A stretch of 36,834 bases of DNA from an uncultured Clostridia bacterium (GTDB lineage: Bacteria; Bacillota; Clostridia; Lachnospirales; CALKRZ01), in NCBI GenBank assembly GCA_937989765.1, contig CALKRZ010000072.1:1-36834 (forward strand). The letters are read 5' to 3'. Positions 1 through 8,000 of this stretch are shown in pieces. The notes below the pieces were generated by a model. The model saw nothing but the letters and a program-made list of their open reading frames with translations. It was not told where the DNA came from and did no database searches. The stretch's first letter is position 1. Each line of letters begins with the position of its first letter. The position numbers and the translations under genes are program-made.

Positions 1-759
1 ATGGATGAAATCATACTACAACCAAAGCTAGAACCAAAGCTAGAACCAAAGATAGAACCAAAGCTAGAACCAAAGATAGAACCAAAGATAGAACCAAAGA
101 TAGAACCGAAAATAAACCCTATAATAGAATCAAATACAAAAATTGAACAGAAAAAAACGAAAGTATATCTTCCAGTACCCATCATCATGCAAAAGCCCGA
201 ACTGCCAAACGGGTGTGAAATTACTTCATTAACGGCTGTTCTTCACTATCATGGGTATGCCGTAAAGAAAACCCATATGGCAGATGTATATTTGCCGAAA
301 CAGACATTCTACTATAAAGAGGGAAAACTCTATGGAGCAAATCCCTATAAAGCCTTTTCTGGAGATCCTAGAAATACCCAAGGGTGGTTTTGTTTTGCGC
401 CACCCATCGTGAAATCAGCCAAGAGTTATTTTGATGCTGTCAAATCCAATAAAAAGCCAGTGGATCTCAGTGGGAGTAAAAAGGAAGTGATCATAGAATA
501 CCTTGACAAGGGCAATCCTGTGGTGATCTGGGTCACACTGGGGCTACAAAAACCAAATAGGACATATTCTTGGTATCTAAGTGATACGGATCAAAAATTC
601 AATGCACCCAGAAATCTACACTGTGTTGTAATCACTGGATATGAAAAGGATAAGGTGCATGTGATGGATCCACTACGAGGACAAGTAACATATCCTGTAG
701 ATACATTCTTTCAAAGTTATTATGACTTAGGAAGCCATGCAATGACGATAGAACCTTGA
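1..759 (+). CDS. C39-like (YvpB-type) cysteine peptidase with N-terminal repeat linker; probably 5'-truncated by the window edge
   Basis: Q.PELPNGCEITSL (catalytic Cys), HCVVITGY (His) and MDPL (Asp) motifs of the Peptidase_C39_2 family. Confidence 0.8.
   Translation: MDEIILQPKLEPKLEPKIEPKLEPKIEPKIEPKIEPKINPIIESNTKIEQKKTKVYLPVPIIMQKPELPNGCEITSLTAVLHYHGYAVKKTHMADVYLPKQTFYYKEGKLYGANPYKAFSGDPRNTQGWFCFAPPIVKSAKSYFDAVKSNKKPVDLSGSKKEVIIEYLDKGNPVVIWVTLGLQKPNRTYSWYLSDTDQKFNAPRNLHCVVITGYEKDKVHVMDPLRGQVTYPVDTFFQSYYDLGSHAMTIEP
19..114 (+). repeat. 12-bp tandem repeat, 8 copies (consensus GAACCAAAG(C/A)TA), encoding (E/Q)PK(L/I)
   Basis: Read directly from the sequence. Confidence 0.95.
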
Positions 760-802
760 GAAAGGCACTGAATAAGAGCCATACGACACAATTCCGCAAT
801 GC

Positions 803-831
803 TTGACAGCCCTATAGGATTACAGTATACT
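803..831 (+). promoter_or_regulatory. sigma-A promoter of asnB
   Basis: TTGACA-17 bp-TATACT. Confidence 0.75.
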
Positions 832-886
832 AAAATCGATCTTTCTATAAAGGGGCTCAATAGAATTATTTTGAAGGGTGATTACT

Positions 887-2734
887 ATGTGCGGTTTTGT
901 TGGCTTTGCGGATACTACGGTATCTATTGATACAGTCAAAACGATAAATGATATGATGAATGCAATTGTTCATAGGGGACCTGACCACGCAGGAGTTCAT
1001 ACAGATGAGGCGGTTACATTTGGATTTAGACGTCTTAAGATCATTGATCTATCTGATGAAGCCAGTCAACCTCTATATAATGAAGATAAAAGCTGTGTGT
1101 TGGTCTTTAATGGAGAGATCTATAACTATCAAGAGTTAAGAGTGATTTTGCAGGAAAAAGGCCATATCTTTAAAAGTCAATGTGATAGTGAAGTACTCAT
1201 TCATGGATATGAAGAGTATGGTGTAGATGTATTAAACAAGCTGCGAGGCATGTTTGCCTTCGCTATATGGGATATCAAAAATGAAGTGATTTTTATAGCG
1301 AGAGACTTTCTTGGGATTAAACCCTTATACTATACGCAAAATACGGAGGATCACTCTTTCCTATTTGGATCAGAGATCAAATCCTTTTTGCCACATCCTT
1401 CTTTTAAAAAAGAGCTTAATAAGGATGCCTTAAAACCATATCTAACTTTTCAATATTCCGTGCTAGATGAAACATTTTTTAAAGGGGTATATAAGTTAAA
1501 GCCTGCTCATTATTTGCTATATAAAAAAGGCGAGATCAAGATACAAAGATACTGGGATCCGCGATTTGATGAGAAAGAAAATACCCTAGAATATTATGTG
1601 GAGCAGATCAAACAAACGATGGAAGAGTCTGTTCAATACCATAAGATCAGTGATGTAAAGGTAGGATCATTCTTATCTGGTGGGATCGATTCTAGCTATA
1701 TCGCGGCTCTACTCAAGCCGAATAAGACATTTTCTGTAGGATTTGATCAGTATGAAGCCATGTTCAACGAAACCAATCTAGCAAAAGAGTTGTCTGATAT
1801 CTTAGAGATCGATAACTACAAAAAAATGATCAGTGCAGATGAATGCTTCGACATGCTGCCTACCATTCAATATCATATGGATGAACCACAGTCCAATCCT
1901 TCCTCTGTGCCTTTATACTTTTTGGCAGAACTAGCCAGCAAGCATGTCACGGTAACTTTATCGGGTGAGGGTGCGGATGAAATATTTGGAGGATATGTTT
2001 GGTATCAGATCTCTCGTAAAATGAGTATGTACCAAAAAATACCGTATAAGATTCGTCGATCGATTTCTACGCTAGCCAAAACCCTGCCGGAGAATAAACT
2101 GACTACCTTTTTGGTAAAAGGTGGACAAAGGATAGAGGAAAAGTTTATCGGTCAGGCAAAGGTTTTTGAAGAAAAGGATGCGCTAGATATATTAAAAGAT
2201 GAATATAAGAAGGGTCCATCCATATACAAAATCACCCAAGAAATATATGATCGTGTTCCAGATCAAGATGATGTAACCAAGATGCAGTATCTGGACTTAA
2301 ATCTTTGGCTCCCAGGGGATATACTGCTTAAAGCAGATAAGATGAGTATGGCTCATTCCATTGAACTTCGAGTTCCTTTTTTGGATAAAGAAGTCATGAG
2401 CACCGCTTCACAAATACCAAGCCCTTACCGTGTAAATCATACCAATACCAAACATGTACTACGCCAAGCAGCCAAAGAAGTACTGCCAAATGAGTGGGCA
2501 GATCGTCTCAAAGTAGGCTTTCCAGTACCCATACGGCATTGGTTCCGAGAAGAAAAATACTATAAGATCGTAAAACAGCTTTTTGAATCAGACATGGCCA
2601 AAGAGTTCTTTGATACGGAAGCCTTGGTAAAATATTTGGACGATCACTATACCAGTAAAAATAATCATGCTAGATATATATGGACAGTATATGTGTTCTT
2701 AATATGGTATAAGAAGTTTTTTGTAGAGCTATAG
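887..2734 (+). CDS. asnB: Asparagine synthase (glutamine-hydrolysing) / class II amidotransferase
   Basis: ATG at 887 gives MCG (N-terminal nucleophile Cys); HRGPD, FNGEIYN, LSGGIDSS, SGEGADE and RVPFLD motifs. Confidence 0.93.
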   Translation: MCGFVGFADTTVSIDTVKTINDMMNAIVHRGPDHAGVHTDEAVTFGFRRLKIIDLSDEASQPLYNEDKSCVLVFNGEIYNYQELRVILQEKGHIFKSQCDSEVLIHGYEEYGVDVLNKLRGMFAFAIWDIKNEVIFIARDFLGIKPLYYTQNTEDHSFLFGSEIKSFLPHPSFKKELNKDALKPYLTFQYSVLDETFFKGVYKLKPAHYLLYKKGEIKIQRYWDPRFDEKENTLEYYVEQIKQTMEESVQYHKISDVKVGSFLSGGIDSSYIAALLKPNKTFSVGFDQYEAMFNETNLAKELSDILEIDNYKKMISADECFDMLPTIQYHMDEPQSNPSSVPLYFLAELASKHVTVTLSGEGADEIFGGYVWYQISRKMSMYQKIPYKIRRSISTLAKTLPENKLTTFLVKGGQRIEEKFIGQAKVFEEKDALDILKDEYKKGPSIYKITQEIYDRVPDQDDVTKMQYLDLNLWLPGDILLKADKMSMAHSIELRVPFLDKEVMSTASQIPSPYRVNHTNTKHVLRQAAKEVLPNEWADRLKVGFPVPIRHWFREEKYYKIVKQLFESDMAKEFFDTEALVKYLDDHYTSKNNHARYIWTVYVFLIWYKKFFVEL

Positions 2735-2906
2735 GGTGTACTAGTATTGCAAGAGCAAAATTAAGGCAACAAAAGAAATATTAACAGTAAAGCTACAATC
2801 AACAACCACCTTAAGATTATGTGGAAAAATCAATATAGAATTCTCAAATATCTATTTTTGATTTAAGAGCATACTATTAGGAAGTTGGGACGGGTAGTAA
2901 GACTAG

Positions 2907-2939
2907 AAAAAGCTATGAAGCAATGCTTCATAGCTTTTT
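2907..2939 (+). terminator. Intrinsic terminator downstream of asnB
   Basis: Perfect inverted repeat AAAAAGCTATGAAGCA-A-TGCTTCATAGCTTTTT. Confidence 0.75.
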
Positions 2940-2940
2940 G

Positions 2941-2969
2941 TCATGAAACAAGCTTTATATGCATAATTT
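2941..2969 (+). promoter_or_regulatory. Possible sigma-E (mother-cell) promoter of cwlD
   Basis: TCATG-16 bp-CATAATTT resembles the sigma-E consensus; cwlD is sigma-E dependent in Bacillus. Confidence 0.4.
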
Positions 2970-2993
2970 GGTATCAAGGGGAGGGGGGAAGTT

Positions 2994-3707
2994 ATGATTG
3001 TATTGGTAAAAAAAAATAATGTACTACTTGGAATTTTGATCTGTGTCATGATATATATGGTGTATTCGGTATATACTCAAAAATCGGTCAGCACCTTTGC
3101 GCTGCCTACTTCTAAACGAGTAATTGTCATTGATGCAGGTCATGGGGGCAGAGATCCAGGCAAGGTGGGTGCATCAGGGGCTTATGAAAAAGATCTAAAT
3201 CTAAAGATTGCAGCAAAGCTTCAGGCGTATTTAGAACAAAGTGGTTCCTATGTTTTGATGACACGGATTGATGATGAAGGTCTATACCAAGAATCTGATC
3301 CTAATAAAAAACGTGCAGATTTAAAGCATAGAAAAGAAATTATTAATAGAGGGCAAGCAGATATTATGATCAGTATTCATCAGAATAGTTTTGTAGAGTC
3401 AAAGTATAAAGGCGCGCAGGTATTTTATCATAATAGCTCTGCAGAAGGAAGGAAGATGGCACAGTATATTCAGAATGAGATCAAAACCTTTGTAGATCCT
3501 GGTAATAACAGACAGTCAAAAGCCAATACAGATTATTATATATTAAAGACAACGGAGATACCTGCTGTGATTGTAGAATGTGGATTTTTATCGAATGAAC
3601 AGGAAGAAGCAAACTTGAATACTGAGCAATATCAAGAAAAGATCGCGTGGGCGATCTATATGGGATTAGTAAAATATTTTCATAGTGCAGGGGCAGAGAC
3701 AAGTTGA
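2994..3707 (+). CDS. cwlD: Germination-specific N-acetylmuramoyl-L-alanine amidase (Amidase_3)
   Basis: N-terminal membrane anchor; IDAGHGG.DPG, EKDLNL, SIHQN, GAQVFY and IVECGFLSN motifs; KKRADLKHR segment typical of CwlD. Confidence 0.85.
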   Translation: MIVLVKKNNVLLGILICVMIYMVYSVYTQKSVSTFALPTSKRVIVIDAGHGGRDPGKVGASGAYEKDLNLKIAAKLQAYLEQSGSYVLMTRIDDEGLYQESDPNKKRADLKHRKEIINRGQADIMISIHQNSFVESKYKGAQVFYHNSSAEGRKMAQYIQNEIKTFVDPGNNRQSKANTDYYILKTTEIPAVIVECGFLSNEQEEANLNTEQYQEKIAWAIYMGLVKYFHSAGAETS

Positions 3708-3728
3708 AAAATATACATAGAATATTTG

Positions 3729-3760
3729 ATAAAAAGGATATAATAGTCCTTTTTATTTTT
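3729..3760 (+). terminator. Intrinsic terminator after cwlD
   Basis: ATAAAAAGGA...TCCTTTTTAT stem followed by a T-tract. Confidence 0.55.
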
Positions 3761-3812
3761 TTTGGAACAAAATAGAATAATAGACCAATTGTAAATTATA
3801 ACTCATAATATG

Positions 3813-3841
3813 TTGACTTTATAGACAAGACAATTTACTAT
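3813..3841 (+). promoter_or_regulatory. sigma-A promoter of the HD-GYP gene
   Basis: TTGACT-17 bp-TACTAT. Confidence 0.5.
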
Positions 3842-3925
3842 ATTTAGTATAAGAATACTTGTTTATAGATAGACTGGGGATTTTTACAATAGAAAAAACT
3901 GTAAAACATAAAGGGGGTAGTATGT

Positions 3926-5005
3926 GTGCAGAGAATCCGACGTGTGACTGTTGACTGTTTAGAGCAAGGCATGGTATTGGGGAGAACCTTGGATGCCAAA
4001 ATTGGCAGCAAGCTTTTAGAAAAAGGGTCAAAGCTTGATAAGAAAACGATAGACCGTCTTCAAAGTATGAACTTTGAAGATCCTATTTATATTTTGGAAT
4101 ATATAGAAGAAGATACGGTATCTACTGAGGTAAGGAACCTGCCTGTATTTGATGAAGTATTGTTTCAGTTTTATGTACAGCAGGCATTGGAACAGATGCA
4201 GCTATTGACTGGAAATGTGCGACTAGAACGAGCATTTAGACTCGATAATCTGATTGAGACGATGGGTATGCTGCTACAACAGATCTATGCTAAAGGGAAT
4301 CCGCTATATTGTATGGAGTATATACGCACGCAGGATAAATATCATATTACTCATCCCATCAATGTATGTGTGCTATCAACTTTATTAGGAGAATGGCTTT
4401 ATTTATCGGACGTAGATCGGCAGCAGCTGACATATAGTTCACTTTTGTTTGATTTGGGTAAAAGTAAAATCCCTCTAAAAATTTTAAATAAGCCGAATAA
4501 GCTTACACCGGAAGAATTTGAGGTCATAAAGCAGCATCCGATCTATAGTTATGAATTGGTAAAGGATTGGACTCATTTTACTGAGGCTATGGGATATGGT
4601 ATTTTGATGCATCATGAAAAAGAAAATGGAAAAGGCTATCCCTATGGAATCACGGGTGAGGAGATTCATTTTTTTGCTAAAATTATTGCAGTATCGGATA
4701 TGTATGATGCAATTACCTGTGATCGCGCTTATAGTGAAAAGATATCTCCCATTCGTGCAGCGGAAACATTAGTACAGCAGAGTTTTTTAAGTGTAGATCC
4801 AGAGGTAGCCCAAACCCTTTTATCTAAGTTTAAAGGATTTTATGTAGGCACTAGAGTTGTTTTGAATACAGAAGTCATGGGAAAAGTGATTTATCTTCCA
4901 CCGAATATGGCTACCCGTCCTTTGATAGAATTAGAAGATGGGAAATATATAGACTTAAATAAAGATGAAAATAGGCATATCAGTATCATGCAGCTGCTGC
5001 CATGA
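3926..5005 (+). CDS. HD-GYP domain protein (c-di-GMP phosphodiesterase family) with a degenerate HD motif
   Basis: FDLGK (normally HDxGK), ILNKP.KLT.EEF, HHEKENGKGYP and IIAVSDMYDAIT motifs. Confidence 0.88.
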   Translation: MQRIRRVTVDCLEQGMVLGRTLDAKIGSKLLEKGSKLDKKTIDRLQSMNFEDPIYILEYIEEDTVSTEVRNLPVFDEVLFQFYVQQALEQMQLLTGNVRLERAFRLDNLIETMGMLLQQIYAKGNPLYCMEYIRTQDKYHITHPINVCVLSTLLGEWLYLSDVDRQQLTYSSLLFDLGKSKIPLKILNKPNKLTPEEFEVIKQHPIYSYELVKDWTHFTEAMGYGILMHHEKENGKGYPYGITGEEIHFFAKIIAVSDMYDAITCDRAYSEKISPIRAAETLVQQSFLSVDPEVAQTLLSKFKGFYVGTRVVLNTEVMGKVIYLPPNMATRPLIELEDGKYIDLNKDENRHISIMQLLP

Positions 5006-5011
5006 TACTAA

Positions 5012-5167
5012 GGCAACTTCAAAAAAAAACTTTGCAATCTGCTGGTCTATTTTGCGTCATACTGCGTCAGCAGAACCCGCTGATAGCCCAACTAGCAACG
5101 GAACCTGCTTCCTTGTCTGACATAAAATATCCACAGCATCTTTGCAAAGTTTTTTCTTTCAGTTGCC
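5012..5167. mobile_element. MITE-like palindromic repeat, copy 1 (156 bp)
   Basis: GGCAAC...GTTGCC termini with long imperfect inverted arms; TAA on both flanks (5009-5011, 5168-5170); near-identical to 26329-26501. Confidence 0.85.
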
Positions 5168-5328
5168 TAATGCTGCGAGTTGGAAGAGGATTACATATAA
5201 TATTTAAGAAAATATAAAGGAAAATAATTGCATAAGATAAAATTGTGGTATAATACTAGTGTAGTCAAAAGATACATATTTTTTGGCAGCACATTAAAAT
5301 AAAAAATAAAAAATAAAGGAGAATGAAA

Positions 5329-5679
5329 ATGACGGATCATAACGTTGATTGTGGATGTGACCACGGTCATGATCATGACTGTGGATGCGACCATGATCAT
5401 GACCTTCAGACATTACGTATTATCCTAGATGATGATACAGAAGCAGAATGTAATGTACTAGGTATTTTTGAAATGAATGACAAAGAGTATATTGCGCTTG
5501 TGCCTCAAGATGATGAAACTGTACTTCTATACGAATACAGTGAGAATGAAGAGGGTATTGAACTAAAGAATATTGAAAATGACGACGAATTTGAAGCCGT
5601 ATCTGAAGCATTCTTTTCCGTTTTTGGAGACGAAGATGAAGATGCAGAAGAAGATGAAGAAGAACTGAGCGAAGAATAA
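5329..5679 (+). CDS. DUF1292 family protein with Cys/His-rich N-terminus and acidic tail
   Basis: AAGGAG RBS before ATG 5329; F...DKEYIAL and IENDDEFEAV motifs. Confidence 0.85.
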   Translation: MTDHNVDCGCDHGHDHDCGCDHDHDLQTLRIILDDDTEAECNVLGIFEMNDKEYIALVPQDDETVLLYEYSENEEGIELKNIENDDEFEAVSEAFFSVFGDEDEDAEEDEEELSEE

Positions 5680-5834
5680 AAAGAATGTATTGTATCATCA
5701 AAGAAGGTGTGGGAAAAGACACATCTTTTTTTGTATTTCCCTTACCACATACTTTTTCTGAGATTCGATTTTTATTGAATTTTCTACCCAAATTTGGTAA
5801 AATGAAATTACTATATTGACAAGGGGGCGAAAAT

Positions 5835-7088
5835 ATGATCAATAGCATTATCCAGACGTATTACTCACCCGTTGGATTTAAGGATCTGAATAAAGCAGAT
5901 AAGTCTCGTCCTACACAAAAAGTCAATACAGTGGATCACAAAGCGCTCTACTCTATCTATTTAAATAAATCATGGAAAAAAGAAATTACTGGATATGTAC
6001 ATTCTCTCTATCATCATATGGCCCATCTAAAGGATTCCTCTAGTGAATTAATGGGGGATGTAGAAGATTCGGTTTTCTCCTTGAAAGAAATTGTCAGTAG
6101 TAACCAAGAGGTTTTAGAGGGAGAGTTCATTGGAAATGGCAATATCCATAAAGCAGATATTGAAATCATAGAGTTAGCCATGCCACAGCAAAATCGATCT
6201 AAGCCCTTTGTAAGAAGACAATTTAATGGATTTGAAGAAGGACTAAACAGCTTTACTATCCATACAGACGCTGGAGATACGCAGATCAAAGCATTTATTC
6301 GCTTTAATCAGACCAATGAACAGGTGCTGAAATCTTTTTCCCAAAAAATCAATCAAGCGCAGATGCATATTCAGGCACACATTCAGACGAATAAAGATGG
6401 AAATATATGCATGGAACTGACATCTAAGCATACAGGCAATCATCAGCGCTTTACCATAGAAGAACAAACAGGAAATTTTGTTTCGCAGTCTGGAATCAAT
6501 GCAATCACACAAAAATGCAGAAATGCTGTCTTTAAGATCAATGGGGAAGAGGAAACATCTTCTTCTAATCAAGTGTCTAAAGAAGAACAGGATATATACA
6601 TAAATCTGAAGGCACCTGGAAAAGCAAGTCTATCTGTAGTCCATGATTTCAAAGAAATCTATCATACGATTGAGACTTTCATACAGGATTATAATGATGC
6701 CCTTCAGTTTACGGGGGAACAGGATGATAGCCAGCATATATCTGGGTTTACTCACTTACTCCACAAAACTATAGAGCATGAAGCACCTCATCTACGCCAG
6801 ATCGGCATTATGCAGCAGGAGGATGGGACATTGGCTATAGAGCAAGAAACACTTACTTCAATACTTCAAAAAAACATCTCAGCTGTTAAAAATATCTTGG
6901 GTGGGGTACGAGGTGTAGCGGCTAAGATTTATGATATTGCGCAAGATATTTCATCGGAACCCATGGTAAAGTATATGGACTTCCGCAATCTCAAATATAA
7001 TTATAGCTATAACTACGCAAATATTCTACAGCATAAAAACCCTTTTCAACTGATCGAATCAGGGTTACTTGTAGACATTGCAATATAA
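5835..7088 (+). CDS. fliD: FliD-like flagellar filament cap protein (stand-alone)
   Basis: LAMPQQN, NAVFKING...SSSN, FIQDYN and LRQIGI...DGTL motifs typical of the FliD C-terminal domain. Confidence 0.6.
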   Translation: MINSIIQTYYSPVGFKDLNKADKSRPTQKVNTVDHKALYSIYLNKSWKKEITGYVHSLYHHMAHLKDSSSELMGDVEDSVFSLKEIVSSNQEVLEGEFIGNGNIHKADIEIIELAMPQQNRSKPFVRRQFNGFEEGLNSFTIHTDAGDTQIKAFIRFNQTNEQVLKSFSQKINQAQMHIQAHIQTNKDGNICMELTSKHTGNHQRFTIEEQTGNFVSQSGINAITQKCRNAVFKINGEEETSSSNQVSKEEQDIYINLKAPGKASLSVVHDFKEIYHTIETFIQDYNDALQFTGEQDDSQHISGFTHLLHKTIEHEAPHLRQIGIMQQEDGTLAIEQETLTSILQKNISAVKNILGGVRGVAAKIYDIAQDISSEPMVKYMDFRNLKYNYSYNYANILQHKNPFQLIESGLLVDIAI

Positions 7089-7101
7089 CCACTGATATAT
7101 G

Positions 7102-7125
7102 ACCTCCACTTTTATAAGTGGAGGT
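7102..7125. repeat. Perfect 10-bp-arm hairpin ACCTCCACTT-TTAT-AAGTGGAGGT (REP/IS200-IS605-end-like, or terminator)
   Basis: Inverted repeat read directly; family resemblance is from memory only. Confidence 0.6.
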
Positions 7126-7192
7126 GGAATACTTTGCTGTATACAAAAAGACCATAGAAGCTATGGTCTTTTTGTATACAGCAAAGTATTCC
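7126..7192. repeat. Perfect 32-bp inverted repeat with 3-nt loop; the right arm is the 3' end of the minus-strand CDS
   Basis: GGAATACTTTGCTGTATACAAAAAGACCATAG-AAG-CTATGGTCTTTTTGTATACAGCAAAGTATTCC. Confidence 0.95.
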
Positions 7193-7877
7193 CGCTTTTA
7201 CCTTCTTGTACAATTGCCTCCATTTTTTTGAGGCAGTAAATGATCTTTTGGGCTGTATTAAGAGGTATATGTAGGGTTTCAGACAGATGCTTGCTAGAAA
7301 AAGGTGTGGGTAGTGTATCTGGCAGAAAGCCTAGAAAGTCCTCAGGGCAAGTAAAAACTTGATGCCCCACAACACTTAGGAGTCTTCGGTCAATAATACT
7401 CTCACCCTTCCTTCGCCAGCTGCCTTTTCCATTAGGGCAGCGTATTTCTTCTACCTCTACCAAGAGTACTTCTAGTGAAAAATTGGGGTCAATGAGTAAA
7501 GTGGGTATTCTGATCAATTCTTTAAAAAGTTCATAGATCTTTCCGCGCTTGGGGGATTTTCGTCTAGAGATTTGTGTGAGCGTTTTGGGATCTAGGCGTA
7601 CGATCCATTTGGTATGAGGGATGGGATATAGAAGCCGTATGGGATGATTTTTGACTAACTGCTGTAATTTCTTTCGAATAGAGCCGAAATTACCTGTTTG
7701 GATTTCGATTAATAGATCTCCCCGTACAATATCTATGATCGATCGGTCTACTTTGACCTCGAAACGATCTTCGGGCTTAGCATAATATGCCTTGATCCCA
7801 GCATGGAGGGAGCCTTCATTTTGTAGGTTGATACCGGATTCTTCTGCAACAATGAGTATTTCTGATGATTTTTCCAT
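7161..7877 (-). CDS. Hypothetical protein, putative PD-(D/E)XK-like nuclease fold with C-terminal winged HTH
   Basis: E.SLH...K, E......ID and IEIQT motifs; C-terminal FSSKHLSETLHIPLNTAQKIIYCLKKMEAI..EGK.GN..LY resembles a wHTH. Confidence 0.7.
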   Translation of the reverse strand: MEKSSEILIVAEESGINLQNEGSLHAGIKAYYAKPEDRFEVKVDRSIIDIVRGDLLIEIQTGNFGSIRKKLQQLVKNHPIRLLYPIPHTKWIVRLDPKTLTQISRRKSPKRGKIYELFKELIRIPTLLIDPNFSLEVLLVEVEEIRCPNGKGSWRRKGESIIDRRLLSVVGHQVFTCPEDFLGFLPDTLPTPFSSKHLSETLHIPLNTAQKIIYCLKKMEAIVQEGKSGNTLLYTKRP

Positions 7878-7946
7878 AGCATCCCCCGATGATCATGATA
7901 TACCTATGGTACTAAATCATAAATCTTTTTGCAAGGCAAAAAACTG

Positions 7947-7975
7947 TTTACAATTTTATAAAAATAGAATATACT
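7947..7975 (+). promoter_or_regulatory. sigma-A promoter of the trp leader
   Basis: TTTACA-17 bp-TATACT. Confidence 0.7.
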
Positions 7976-8000
7976 ATATATAACTTTATATGTTATGAAA

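Noticed and set aside
19-114. CRISPR array
   Set aside because: 12-bp coding tandem repeat without spacers; no cas genes
1-2734. Lasso peptide or RiPP cluster (peptidase plus AsnB-like cyclase)
   Set aside because: AsnB retains a full glutaminase domain with N-terminal Cys; no precursor, RRE or transglutaminase-like protease is visible
5002-5217. 71-aa ORF
   Set aside because: Reads through the MITE copy and has no RBS; probably spurious
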